NCBI GenBank assembly: GCA_977862235.1
Contig: OZ374558.1
Coordinates: 2,046,001-2,110,000 of the forward strand
Direction: 5' to 3'
Source of the DNA: Dudresnaya verticillata
Lineage: Eukaryota
DNA length: 64,000 nucleotides
In this document: piece after piece, positions 1-11,854 of the stretch
Layout: each line of letters starts with the position of its first letter
How positions within the stretch are numbered: position 1 is the stretch's first letter
The notes under the pieces: generated by a model
What the model saw: only the letters and a program-made list of their open reading frames with translations
Databases searched by the model: none
Told to the model about the DNA's origin: nothing
Made by a program: the position numbers and the translations under genes

Positions 1-129
1 CTGCGAAAACGAAGTGTGTTCCATGCAGTATGTGCCTACCGTCTAAATTAGAATGGGTGGATTGCGATGAGAATATCAATTCTAATTGCTCACTTACAAT
101 CTTTTGGGAAAGCGGACTGATAAGACTCT

Positions 130-500
130 TGTGTATTGTATACATGTTTGTCAATGCAGGCTCCTTGGCAAACACTTAACATGTTTATTGCAATATTTAG
201 TTAAGAACTATTCCAGACTGTCGCAATACTTATTGGGTATTGCACTTTGAAGAGTAGTCATTTTCAATAGCGCAGTGGGGAGGGCGGTTAAGCTGTTTAT
301 AACAGTCGCTGTTGGACTGTTTATCAGGGGCGATTGAAACAGACCGCAGATTACTATTATACCTAGCGCTATATTTCAATGCAATTGCTGAGATTCCGTA
401 GGATCGGCAGCTCTGCATACGACTATATAGTATTATCGGAATGCTTGATAGAGACGTTTATTTATGTTCTTTTCAAGTCTTCTGTGGGGCTTCACGACTG
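130..500 (+). pseudogene. Highly degenerate Copia-type pol 3' end (RNase H-like remnant), mirrored at about 13980-14350
   Basis: Stop-interrupted translation gives 'QSLLDCLSGAIETDRRLLLYLA', resembling the Copia RNase H segment 'SLFDCI...TE(K/R)RLLIDL'. No intact ORF. Confidence 0.35.
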
Positions 501-1222
501 GTTCAATTCGAGAATAGGTTCAGAACGCAAACAGCAACTTTCTTCTTCCTTGAAGGAGGTTGAGATGTTCGGGCTGTCTCCCGGCGACGAGTGGAAACGT
601 GGGCCGAAGGGCCTGTTATCAGGACGAGGCAAAGCCGAGTGCCAGCTTGGCGGACTCAAGCACGGTGGGATGCAGTAGTGAAAATATTAGGCCTACTCAT
701 ATCGCCCATGATAGTATATATGTTCACAAATGTTATGAAAGATGAGGGAGCATATTTGTTGATGGTGAAAATAGTGGTATAGAGTTGTAGAGTTGTAGGG
801 TGAGCCAACGATATTAAGGTATAGTTTATGGCTTAGTCCTTCGTGTAGAAAAGGCGTGCCCAATTGTGTTCTGGCATAGCACCACTGCATGCTTCTATAC
901 TACGGAGAAATCACTTTATCATATAGATCATTCTCAGATAGCGAGTCACCCGATATATGCTATCTCGTAGCTAACAATATTAGTTCATATTAACATTGAA
1001 CAGAGCATTGTGGTACTAAAGAGGATAAAAACACAGCAATTGTACACGTTCAGATACAGATTCTGAGTTAAAGGATTGTGAATCGCGCAAGCTGTATCGA
1101 GTGACTTGTATATAACTTGCATCAATTGATAACAGTTCCAAAAGGGATCATCCTTCATTAACAAATGTATTTACGAAAAGGCAATGAATGAGATTATATC
1201 AAATACAATAACCGCCCATGCA

Positions 1223-2623
1223 CTAGTGTTCGAGCATTGACGCTCTTTCAAACAGCTTCTTAGCCCTTATCGGATCTTTTCTCACGCCATGGCTGCCATT
1301 CCTCAGTAATAAAGCCAACCCCAGCATTGCATCCACGTCACCACCCGCAGCAGCTTGTTCATATAAATTCCTTGCTCGTAAGGGATTTTGGGGCACTCTA
1401 CCTTCTACTATCAACTCTGCTAGCATCACCATGGCCTTCAAATCACCACATTCTATAGCACGTTCCAAGAGGGCGACAGCCTGAGGAATATTAGTTGAGT
1501 CCTCCTGCCCGCCCATAATGAACAATTTGGCCAGTCTGAGCATTGCAGCAACGCTATCTGAGCAATATATTGCAGCGATATAGAGACGCATGGCAAGCAA
1601 AACGTCTTTCTCAGCTGCGTTTTGGCTATTCTCTATCTTGTCACCAAGCCTGATCAATGCCACATCAACACCAGCAGCGACTGAATTTGTTCGGAAAGCG
1701 CTGTGACGAGAGGAATGTTCAAACCCATCTTCAAAAATGCCAAGCATTAGTACGGTTACCTTGTTCGCAGCGGTGAAGTTCCTGTTCTCAACAGCAAGCT
1801 CGAGAAAGTTCATCACCGCACGAGGATTCTTTTTCACCATACCTTTGTTAAGCTGTAGAAAGTGTACGAGCTCAGTCATCGCACTTCGATTTCCACTCAT
1901 TGCAGAAGTCACGTATATTTCCATCGCCTTATCTAAATCTTTTCTGATTTCGGGGGTCCCCTCTTCGAATATACGAGCCAGGAGAATTACTGCCTCTTCG
2001 TCCCCTAAGATGATGCTACGCTCAAGCAAGTCGAAACAACGGAGAACATCTTTTTCGAAACCGCTCTCGCCGTGGAGCAGTAATATGGCTAAAGCGTTCA
2101 TGGAAATCGTACAGTTCCTGTCCACACCCAAGTTCAAAAGAAACTGGGCTCGCTCTGCGTTCCTCGGAACTCCAAGAGTCTCAAAACATAACACGTATGC
2201 CAGAGTATACGAAGCCTCTTCTTGACCCTGTTCGATCGCATGTTCCAGAAGTGATACTGCCCGGTTTGCGTTAGACGGATCTGCATCGAGTGAAAACAGC
2301 AACATGTTGGCCAAAGAGTAGCTCGAATATGCGTCACCGGCCTCATGCCCTTCTTCAAACAAAGCAAGAGCTTTTGCCACATCCTTTTGAACGCCATCTT
2401 CTCCGTCTTTTAAAATATTTGCAAGCTTGTTTCTGGAAGGTCCGTAACCGAATAGGCAGCAGTATTCCAGCAACTCTATGGCTCGCTTCTTATCCTCGGG
2501 ATATCCTTCTGTTCCTGACCAGAAAAAGTATGCTCTCAAGTGTTGATCCTCCAAGGATCTTTGTGGATGACGCCAGGATCTCATTTTAATAGCTTTAACA
2601 GCAAAAGCGGCTCCAGAAATCAC
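1223..2623 (-). CDS. Sel1-like repeat (SLR/TPR) protein, copy 1
   Basis: About 10 ~36-38 aa repeats such as LANILKDGEDGVQKDVAKALALFEEG, LAELIVEGRVPQNPLRARNLYEQAAAGG and LALLLRNGSHGVRKDPIRAKKLFERAS. The ORF caller start is GTG; the true start is the internal ATG (MRSWRH) or an upstream exon. Confidence 0.9.
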   Translation of the reverse strand: MISGAAFAVKAIKMRSWRHPQRSLEDQHLRAYFFWSGTEGYPEDKKRAIELLEYCCLFGYGPSRNKLANILKDGEDGVQKDVAKALALFEEGHEAGDAYSSYSLANMLLFSLDADPSNANRAVSLLEHAIEQGQEEASYTLAYVLCFETLGVPRNAERAQFLLNLGVDRNCTISMNALAILLLHGESGFEKDVLRCFDLLERSIILGDEEAVILLARIFEEGTPEIRKDLDKAMEIYVTSAMSGNRSAMTELVHFLQLNKGMVKKNPRAVMNFLELAVENRNFTAANKVTVLMLGIFEDGFEHSSRHSAFRTNSVAAGVDVALIRLGDKIENSQNAAEKDVLLAMRLYIAAIYCSDSVAAMLRLAKLFIMGGQEDSTNIPQAVALLERAIECGDLKAMVMLAELIVEGRVPQNPLRARNLYEQAAAGGDVDAMLGLALLLRNGSHGVRKDPIRAKKLFERASMLEH

Positions 2624-4149
2624 GTGTACTTCTCCGGTTTCCGTTTCAATAGAGCCTAAGAAACAGTACAGGAGGTTTGCAAGCCGAGTAAATACTTCTT
2701 CTGCCCGAACAAATTTCCTTGGCAGCGGCTTGGTACAGATGAGAAGAATTGATCAATCTGTTAATCCTTCAAAGCTTGGTTAGAAGTGAACTCAACAAGC
2801 GGAATGCTGTTAATAGTGGGTCGGCAGGAGATGTTGATGGAATAGTGGAAGGCAGGAAGGCTTCTCGTGAACAGGAATGGTTAGGAGATAAATATCGGGG
2901 GAGGGTAGCTTGCACACACGCGGGGAGGAGTTTTCCAGTAGTCACAGTGTGCCACCAGACGATTAGGCGGAATAGAAGAACACAGGGTCGAAGAAGGTTT
3001 AAGTACAGCTTCGTCTTTATTGCGGAAATGTCTATGCCTTCGTCGGGCAGAAGTGTCCCGCCGCCCGCTCATCTCTTATAGTCTCAGAGACTTTTCACAG
3101 AACGTATGATAAAAAAAGTGCAGTTTTGTAAACACTATTCTTGCAGCTGATCACTCGACTTTGCCTCCGCGAGGCAAGTGCACTCTAAACTTTGTTGAGT
3201 AAACTTTATCATCACTCGACTTTGCCTCGGGGCCTCATGGGATACTCGGTCCAACATCGTGTTGCTAGGACCAGCGCAAGAACTCATAAAACGACTTACC
3301 TCTGTGATGTGCTCAGAAGTCAACGTTTGCAATTCATACATTAACAATGGTCGACTGATGTAAACACCAACGAAACATTGAGGTGCAAGCTGTTGCCTTC
3401 TGGCCAGAAACTTCCCAGGCTTGTCAACCTCTCCCACCTCTTATCCATTTTTGTTTATATTAGCCCGTCATTGTTAAGGCATGAATGACAAACGTTGACT
3501 TCTGATAATGCCTGCTGTCCGCCGGCATGTGGGAACTTGCGATGTTGCACTTCATTGTTTTCAGCGTGAATCGCCGCAACCTCTCCCCTCCTCCTGCAAT
3601 GTGTCCTGGTAGTTAGACCCTTTCCCTTGCATTCCGCAGGCTCTAGGTACACGTGAGAGAATGCACTTTCACAAAAACTCTGTCTCGTGGTTGTTGGAGT
3701 GCTCGACAAACCCAAACTCTCTCTAGCTCGTGAGATTTCTCACAGCGTCGAGTGGCGGAATCCTACTTGCGAGCTGTGATAAATCGCCACGCTAGAGCAC
3801 ATACAATCTGGTTTACAACTCACCAGCTACACCACCATCCTCTATTCATCAACCCCCATCGTCTTACCCATCCTATAGATTCTCTTGTCCCCGTGCGAAC
3901 TCGCGACCCTCCTCACCTTCTACTCGAGGTTTCCGACTCACTCTGTTGATATTCCAGTATGAGAGGCATTGTTATTTTTATCTTGCTAACTAATAAAACC
4001 CTGAAGGTGTTGCTAGTTGTCTTGAATGGTATAAGTGACCTCAAGTTCGCCCATAGTAAAAGTCCAAGCCGAAATCACAAGGCCATAACTCCCCCACTGG
4101 ATATCTACCGCATCCGCAGCAGCCTTCGACTTCTCTTTTCACGTGTCTA

Positions 4150-5193
4150 CTAACCAGACGAAAAACTTAGGTACCCATTGTTGGCACGGCGGGGGTCGTC
4201 AATGTTAAAGATGGCAATAGCATTTGACCCATCACTTAGCTTATGGATATCAATTCCATTTCCAGCACTACTGTGGCCTACCCAACCTCCATATTTGTAA
4301 GTGGCTCCCCAACCGCCAGTCACTGCTCCATTGCTATTCAGATTGAATCCAGTTCTGAAGTAGATTCCGTTTTGACCCCTAGGATTGTCGATGTGGGATA
4401 CAACGATGTCGAGTTTCCCAATGCCAAGAGTGTCAAATAGAGCTACCCCTGCACCTTCGCTTGAATCACCGAACCATCCAGGTACCTTAGTTGGATTAGT
4501 CCATCTAGCTGCCTTCCCGTCCGATCCGAGATCAAACCCGATGCGATAATACGCGGCATTGCCACCTCTAGGATTATCGAGGTGCAACACTACCAAATCT
4601 GGTTTCCCCGCATCCCCTCCGATATTTCCCAGTGCAATAGCACTACCCTGTGTCGAGTCTCCAAACCATCCGGGGACTTTGTGTACATGACTCCAACGAG
4701 AAGCAACTCCATCTGCATTCAAGTTGAAGCCGATGCGATAGTATCCGCTGTTTCCACCCCTTGGATTATCGATGTGAAAAATGATTACATCCCTTGATCC
4801 GGGATAAGCGACACTTCCGACCGCAATGCCCCCACCATCGTTAGAATTTCCAAACCATCCTGGAACCTTGTGTGGGCCCTTCCAGCTGGATATGTGATAA
4901 TGGTTATTGCCAGATCCAATTCTTCTGACGTTCTTTCCTACTCGATAGTATCCGGAATTGGCCCCTCTTGGGTTGTCAACATGCATTACAAAGATGTCTG
5001 TTGTGCCTGGGACCACTCCTGGGGCATAAGAAATATCACCTCCACTGCTGGAATCTCCAAACCAGCCGGGAACCCGAACGGTACTGCTCCAACAACCTTG
5101 AGGGACGGGTTTTTGGATGAAACATGGCGCAGTATTCCCTGAAACACAAGCACACAGCACAGCTATGCAAAGAATGGCATTAAATTTCAACAT
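4150..5193 (-). CDS. Secreted protein with five ~63-aa repeats (FG-GAP/VCBS-like, putative beta-propeller), copy 1
   Basis: ATG start and signal peptide MLKFNAILCIAVLCACVSG. Five repeats with consensus (K)VPGWFG.S..G..I.....G..D.VV.H.DNPRG.N.GYYR.G.N. Confidence 0.9.
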   Translation of the reverse strand: MLKFNAILCIAVLCACVSGNTAPCFIQKPVPQGCWSSTVRVPGWFGDSSSGGDISYAPGVVPGTTDIFVMHVDNPRGANSGYYRVGKNVRRIGSGNNHYHISSWKGPHKVPGWFGNSNDGGGIAVGSVAYPGSRDVIIFHIDNPRGGNSGYYRIGFNLNADGVASRWSHVHKVPGWFGDSTQGSAIALGNIGGDAGKPDLVVLHLDNPRGGNAAYYRIGFDLGSDGKAARWTNPTKVPGWFGDSSEGAGVALFDTLGIGKLDIVVSHIDNPRGQNGIYFRTGFNLNSNGAVTGGWGATYKYGGWVGHSSAGNGIDIHKLSDGSNAIAIFNIDDPRRANNGYLSFSSG

Positions 5194-6205
5194 TGTCCCT
5201 TCCGCACAGCTTGACGTTAGAGGTTGAGACCTTGGTTGGATGAAAGGAACGTTGTCCTGGAACTCAGCTCTGAGTATTTATACTCATGAATCATGTGTGC
5301 TTCCCACAATGCAGAGTTTAAATTCCTTCTATTCGAAGGGAGTGGTGGCATTTTTCTTGGCATTGAAACGAGATCTAGCCTGATGCAACGCTCGATAAAG
5401 AAAACTAATGTGAGTTCGAGGCAGCAACAGTCGGATCTGAATAGTATTAGTCCTACCAGCTCCATCTCGAATAATAATATTTCGGTTGCCACGTTACTGC
5501 AGTGAAACTTACGCTTAGTACTATGCATTAGCTCCGAAATGCAATGTGGGCCCTTTCCGCATCGAGGGACTATCAGCACAGCAATCGTTTGAGTACACTA
5601 AAGATCAAACGTCTCCTTCTATATCCGATTACAGGTATTCAAATGGCTTCGATAAACGTGTTTATAATCGTTGTTACTATTGTGTGAGACAAAGCTTCGA
5701 GCTCGATACCTTCCCTTCAGCTTTGAAGGCCCATCAGTTAAAAAGAAAGTGAATGGAGGCGAAGATAGCTTTACATGAGTGGAATGTATGGCATGGATGA
5801 TACATTATGCTGTGCGTAGAATAAATAGTCTCGTATTAGTGTTCTAGAATTGTTCCAGAATAGCAATATGCTCTGAAAGAATGTTCACGGAATGAGAGTG
5901 TGCTGAACTTTGTTGTTGTATTCATAGCAACGAGAGTTAGCTTGTCCAATAGAATCATAGGAACTATTAGAAGGAACTAGCTAAAGAGGCGTTGAGGAGG
6001 CAAATGGCATTCAAAGCGCTGTAGTCTCAAGATACAGTCTCAAATCTCACGTGCGTGAAACTTGAAGCCTCTTAGGCCTTTCTCTGACGGTTGGTGTCTT
6101 TTCATTGTAACAACGGTAGAACCATGTAGCAATGGTGCTGTATAACAAGATTTTGCCCCTCAGAGAGCACCAGGAATTTCCGGTGCGACTCATCCGTTGG
6201 TCATG

Positions 6206-6280
6206 ATGGTGGCGGTTTGCAGAGTATCAACGGTCTGCACAGACCGTGCAGACCGTTGATACTCTGCAAACCGCCACCAT
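6206..6280. repeat. Perfect 35-bp-stem hairpin with 5-nt loop, mirrored at 8198-8272
   Basis: atggtggcggtttgcagagtatcaacggtctgcac-agacc-gtgcagaccgttgatactctgcaaaccgccaccat. Confidence 0.97.
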
Positions 6281-6619
6281 TCTCCCATCCTGCGTCACTG
6301 GCGAGGAATGTCGAGAGGTTTCCACCACTATTAATCTCACTGATTCTTCCTCCAGCACTCGCCTATTAATATAATTGTTATAGATACCCGGCTGTGTCTC
6401 AGCGTTAGTTTGAAGCTTGTTTGTACGAGTCTGACTGCTTTCGTAGTGCATGCATAATATAGTTTTGCCATTCTTCACAGTACTTATTATTGCTCTGACT
6501 AAACTTTGTTCGTACCCCCTGTGATACTCTCCGTTACCTCATCCTTCATGTTGCAGTCTGTCACAGTCTCTGGTAATCGGCGTAAACAGTGATGACATAA
6601 ATCTCAAGCACAATGGTAG

Positions 6620-7858
6620 ACATGACTATCAATTTAATGGACTTGATCGTCAAGTCCATTAAAAACATTCTCTATCTTATTCACATAGACATCAAGTCTT
6701 GATGTTATTCGCTATAGTAATCGGATGAACACCAAGCCTTGTGCATTGTTGTTATTCTCATATGGACATCATGAGAGACGAAAGTCAATTACAACCGACT
6801 AGATGCTTGAGCCTCAGTCGCAAACAAGGCTCTAACAAGAGATTGGCTCATGCCTTGGTCATCTACAAGATCTCTCTTCACTCACTCTCTCTCTCGTAGT
6901 ACGAGATGGTTAATTCTACTGGTGTTATGCGCAGCTGTGTCGTAGAATCGACGATCAATTGAGGTAATGATCAGCCATCTCTCCTGCTTGCAATTAAAAT
7001 AAAACTAGCACGCGCTACTAAAAAGGACTAGTAGTAGTAGCAGCAGAACGCTCTACTCAAAGAGTAACCCACACTCCATTAGGGAGGCTTAATTTCTACC
7101 ATACTGAAATCCGAACCCTTCTTGTATACAAAAACTAAATCAAAACTTTACAGTTTAGGCCTATTGCCTCTTGCTACTTTGGCAAGGAAATGGAATCGTG
7201 CTTTCATTCGCAATGAATTCTCTTGCTAGGTGCTCAACTCTATCTACCAAAATAAGTTGAGGATTCGCTCTTATCGCTACTTAGATTACATTTAATGATT
7301 CCATATCCTGGGATTTCGGAATAATGTATCTATAGATACTGATCCTAGTCATATGAGTACAAACGATAGTACTGATGCGATACATTATTAGAGACTCTTC
7401 CAGTTTTGAAGCAGGAAGACCTCAGTGTTGTTTGATTTGTGCTCTGTATGTTTGGCTGCGAAGAATGAAAATCAACAGCTCTTTGTCTGTGATACGTTTC
7501 TCCTTTTTTCAGACAAGAAAAAGAAAGTACCTTCTCTCTCCTTATCCCTCTCCGATGTGGACAGTAACTATGAGGACAGATGTAGAAGGTCTTCTGCCCA
7601 TGAATGAATTAATTTTGCTGCAGCGTGTTTGTTATTCTCTATTTGAACCAGATGCGCATCAAGATATGATGTCCAGCACAAGGCATGATGTCCATCTGAC
7701 TACTGTAGAGAGTAGCAACAACTCACAAGGCTTGGTGTTAATCTGATTATTATAGAGAATAACATCAAGACTTGATATCCGTGTGAATAAGATAGAGAAT
7801 AATTTAGAATGCCAATTTAATGGACTTGACGATCAAGTCCATAAATTGATAATCATGG
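6620..7858. repeat. Palindrome centre: diverged ~150-175 bp inverted repeats (6620-6773 / 7684-7858) around a ~0.9 kb unique spacer
   Basis: Reverse complement of 7684-7858 aligns to 6620-6773 with many substitutions and indels. It contains the small hairpin tttaatggacttga-tcg-tcaagtccattaaa (6633-6663). Confidence 0.9.
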
Positions 7859-9284
7859 CTACCATTGTGCTTGAGATTTATGTCATCACTGTTTACGCCG
7901 ATTACCAGAGACTGTGACAGACTGCAACATGAAGGATGAGGTAACGGAGAGTATCACAGGGGGTACGAACAAAGTTTAGTCAGAGCAATAATAAGTACTG
8001 TGAAGAATGGCAAAACTATATTATGCATGCACTACGAAAGCAGTCAGACTCGTACAAACAAGCTTCAAACTAACGCTGAGACACAGCCGGGTATCTATAA
8101 CAATTATATTAATAGGCGAGTGCTGGAGGAAGAATCAGTGAGATTAATAGTGGTGGAAACCTCTCGACATTCCTCGCCAGTGACGCAGGATGGGAGAATG
8201 GTGGCGGTTTGCAGAGTATCAACGGTCTGCACGGTCTGTGCAGACCGTTGATACTCTGCAAACCGCCACCATCATGACCAACGGATGAGTCGCACCGGAA
8301 ATTCCTGGTGCTCTCTGAGGGGCAAAATCTTGTTATACAGCACCATTGCTACATGGTTCTACCGTTGTTACAATGAAAAGACACCAACCGTCAGAGAAAG
8401 GCCTAAGAGGCTTCAAGTTTCACGCACGTGAGATTTGAGACTGTATCTTGAGACTACAGCGCTTTGAATGCCATTTGCCTCCTCAACGCCTCTTTAGCTA
8501 GTTCCTTCTAATAGTTCCTATGATTCTATTGGACAAGCTAACTCTCGTTGCTATGAATACAACAACAAAGTTCAGCACACTCTCATTCCGTGAACATTCT
8601 TTCAGAGCATATTGCTATTCTGGAACAATTCTAGAACACTAATACGAGACTATTTATTCTACGCACAGCATAATGTATCATCCATGCCATACATTCCACT
8701 CATGTAAAGCTATCTTCGCCTCCATTCACTTTCTTTTTAACTGATGGGCCTTCAAAGCTGAAGGGAAGGTATCGAGCTCGAAGCTTTGTCTCACACAATA
8801 GTAACAACGATTATAAACACGTTTATCGAAGCCATTTGAATACCTGTAATCGGATATAGAAGGAGACGTTTGATCTTTAGTGTACTCAAACGATTGCTGT
8901 GCTGATAGTCCCTCGATGCGGAAAGGGCCCACATTGCATTTCGGAGCTAATGCATAGTACTAAGCGTAAGTTTCACTGCAGTAACGTGGCAACCGAAATA
9001 TTATTATTCGAGATGGAGCTGGTAGGACTAATACTATTCAGATCCGACTGTTGCTGCCTCGAACTCACATTAGTTTTCTTTATCGAGCGTTGCATCAGGC
9101 TAGATCTCGTTTCAATGCCAAGAAAAATGCCACCACTCCCTTCGAATAGAAGGAATTTAAACTCTGCATTGTGGGAAGCACACATGATTCATGAGTATAA
9201 ATACTCAGAGCTGAGTTCCAGGACAACGTTCCTTTCATCCAACCAAGGTCTCAACCTCTAACGTCAAGCTGTGCGGAAGGGACA

Positions 9285-10328
9285 ATGTTGAAATTTAATG
9301 CCATTCTTTGCATAGCTGTGCTGTGTGCTTGTGTTTCAGGGAATACTGCGCCATGTTTCATCCAAAAACCCGTCCCTCAAGGTTGTTGGAGCAGTACCGT
9401 TCGGGTTCCCGGCTGGTTTGGAGATTCCAGCAGTGGAGGTGATATTTCTTATGCCCCAGGAGTGGTCCCAGGCACAACAGACATCTTTGTAATGCATGTT
9501 GACAACCCAAGAGGGGCCAATTCCGGATACTATCGAGTAGGAAAGAACGTCAGAAGAATTGGATCTGGCAATAACCATTATCACATATCCAGCTGGAAGG
9601 GCCCACACAAGGTTCCAGGATGGTTTGGAAATTCTAACGATGGTGGGGGCATTGCGGTCGGAAGTGTCGCTTATCCCGGATCAAGGGATGTAATCATTTT
9701 TCACATCGATAATCCAAGGGGTGGAAACAGCGGATACTATCGCATCGGCTTCAACTTGAATGCAGATGGAGTTGCTTCTCGTTGGAGTCATGTACACAAA
9801 GTCCCCGGATGGTTTGGAGACTCGACACAGGGTAGTGCTATTGCACTGGGAAATATCGGAGGGGATGCGGGGAAACCAGATTTGGTAGTGTTGCACCTCG
9901 ATAATCCTAGAGGTGGCAATGCCGCGTATTATCGCATCGGGTTTGATCTCGGATCGGACGGGAAGGCAGCTAGATGGACTAATCCAACTAAGGTACCTGG
10001 ATGGTTCGGTGATTCAAGCGAAGGTGCAGGGGTAGCTCTATTTGACACTCTTGGCATTGGGAAACTCGACATCGTTGTATCCCACATCGACAATCCTAGG
10101 GGTCAAAACGGAATCTACTTCAGAACTGGATTCAATCTGAATAGCAATGGAGCAGTGACTGGCGGTTGGGGAGCCACTTACAAATATGGAGGTTGGGTAG
10201 GCCACAGTAGTGCTGGAAATGGAATTGATATCCATAAGCTAAGTGATGGGTCAAATGCTATTGCCATCTTTAACATTGACGACCCCCGCCGTGCCAACAA
10301 TGGGTACCTAAGTTTTTCGTCTGGTTAG
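9285..10328 (+). CDS. Secreted five-repeat beta-propeller-like protein, copy 2
   Basis: Identical 347-aa translation to 4150..5193. Confidence 0.9.
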   Translation: MLKFNAILCIAVLCACVSGNTAPCFIQKPVPQGCWSSTVRVPGWFGDSSSGGDISYAPGVVPGTTDIFVMHVDNPRGANSGYYRVGKNVRRIGSGNNHYHISSWKGPHKVPGWFGNSNDGGGIAVGSVAYPGSRDVIIFHIDNPRGGNSGYYRIGFNLNADGVASRWSHVHKVPGWFGDSTQGSAIALGNIGGDAGKPDLVVLHLDNPRGGNAAYYRIGFDLGSDGKAARWTNPTKVPGWFGDSSEGAGVALFDTLGIGKLDIVVSHIDNPRGQNGIYFRTGFNLNSNGAVTGGWGATYKYGGWVGHSSAGNGIDIHKLSDGSNAIAIFNIDDPRRANNGYLSFSSG

Positions 10329-10851
10329 TAGACACGTGAAAAGAGAAGTCGAAGGCTGCTGCGGATGCGGTAGATATCCAGTGGGGGAGTTATGGCCTTG
10401 TGATTTCGGCTTGGACTTTTACTATGGGCGAACTTGAGGTCACTTATACCATTCAAGACAACTAGCAACACCTTCAGGGTTTTATTAGTTAGCAAGATAA
10501 AAATAACAATGCCTCTCATACTGGAATATCAACAGAGTGAGTCGGAAACCTCGAGTAGAAGGTGAGGAGGGTCGCGAGTTCGCACGGGGACAAGAGAATC
10601 TATAGGATGGGTAAGACGATGGGGGTTGATGAATAGAGGATGGTGGTGTAGCTGGTGAGTTGTAAACCAGATTGTATGTGCTCTAGCGTGGCGATTTATC
10701 ACAGCTCGCAAGTAGGATTCCGCCACTCGACGCTGTGAGAAATCTCACGAGCTAGAGAGAGTTTGGGTTTGTCGAGCACTCCAACAACCACGAGACAGAG
10801 TTTTTGTGAAAGTGCATTCTCTCACGTGTACCTAGAGCCTGCGGAATGCAA

Positions 10852-10914
10852 GGGAAAGGGTCTAACTACCAGGACACATTGCAGGAGGAGGGGAGAGGTT
10901 GCGGCGATTCACGC
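10852..10914. repeat. 63-bp dispersed motif (copies at 3564-3626 inverted and 22967-23029)
   Basis: gggaaagggtc(t/a)aactaccaggacacattgcaggaggagggga(gag/tac)gttgcggcgattcacgc, 60/63 identical between 10852 and 22967. Confidence 0.9.
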
Positions 10915-11854
10915 TGAAAACAATGAAGTGCAACATCGCAAGTTCCCACATGCCGGCGGACAGCAGGCATTATCAGAAGTCAACGTTTGTCATTCATGCC
11001 TTAACAATGACGGGCTAATATAAACAAAAATGGATAAGAGGTGGGAGAGGTTGACAAGCCTGGGAAGTTTCTGGCCAGAAGGCAACAGCTTGCACCTCAA
11101 TGTTTCGTTGGTGTTTACATCAGTCGACCATTGTTAATGTATGAATTGCAAACGTTGACTTCTGAGCACATCACAGAGGTAAGTCGTTTTATGAGTTCTT
11201 GCGCTGGTCCTAGCAACACGATGTTGGACCGAGTATCCCATGAGGCCCCGAGGCAAAGTCGAGTGATGATAAAGTTTACTCAACAAAGTTTAGAGTGCAC
11301 TTGCCTCGCGGAGGCAAAGTCGAGTGATCAGCTGCAAGAATAGTGTTTACAAAACTGCACTTTTTTTATCATACGTTCTGTGAAAAGTCTCTGAGACTAT
11401 AAGAGATGAGCGGGCGGCGGGACACTTCTGCCCGACGAAGGCATAGACATTTCCGCAATAAAGACGAAGCTGTACTTAAACCTTCTTCGACCCTGTGTTC
11501 TTCTATTCCGCCTAATCGTCTGGTGGCACACTGTGACTACTGGAAAACTCCTCCCCGCGTGTGTGCAAGCTACCCTCCCCCGATATTTATCTCCTAACCA
11601 TTCCTGTTCACGAGAAGCCTTCCTGCCTTCCACTATTCCATCAACATCTCCTGCCGACCCACTATTAACAGCATTCCGCTTGTTGAGTTCACTTCTAACC
11701 AAGCTTTGAAGGATTAACAGATTGATCAATTCTTCTCATCTGTACCAAGCCGCTGCCAAGGAAATTTGTTCGGGCAGAAGAAGTATTTACTCGGCTTGCA
11801 AACCTCCTGTACTGTTTCTTAGGCTCTATTGAAACGGAAACCGGAGAAGTACAC

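Larger units (their letters stand above)
1..6619. repeat. Left arm of giant palindrome (inverted duplication), continues past window start
   Basis: Every ORF has a mirror with start+end sum 14478 (e.g. 230..418 vs 14060..14248, 4150..5193 vs 9285..10328, 6227..6478 vs 8000..8251). Base 1 onward (ctgcgaaaacgaagtgt) is the reverse complement of 14461-14477. The first inner mismatch is at 6620/7858. Confidence 0.98.

Noticed and set aside
11250..11330. 18-bp direct repeat (gaggcaaagtcgagtgat) at 60-bp spacing in a 100-aa ORF
   Set aside because: Only two copies, with no recognisable product or array.
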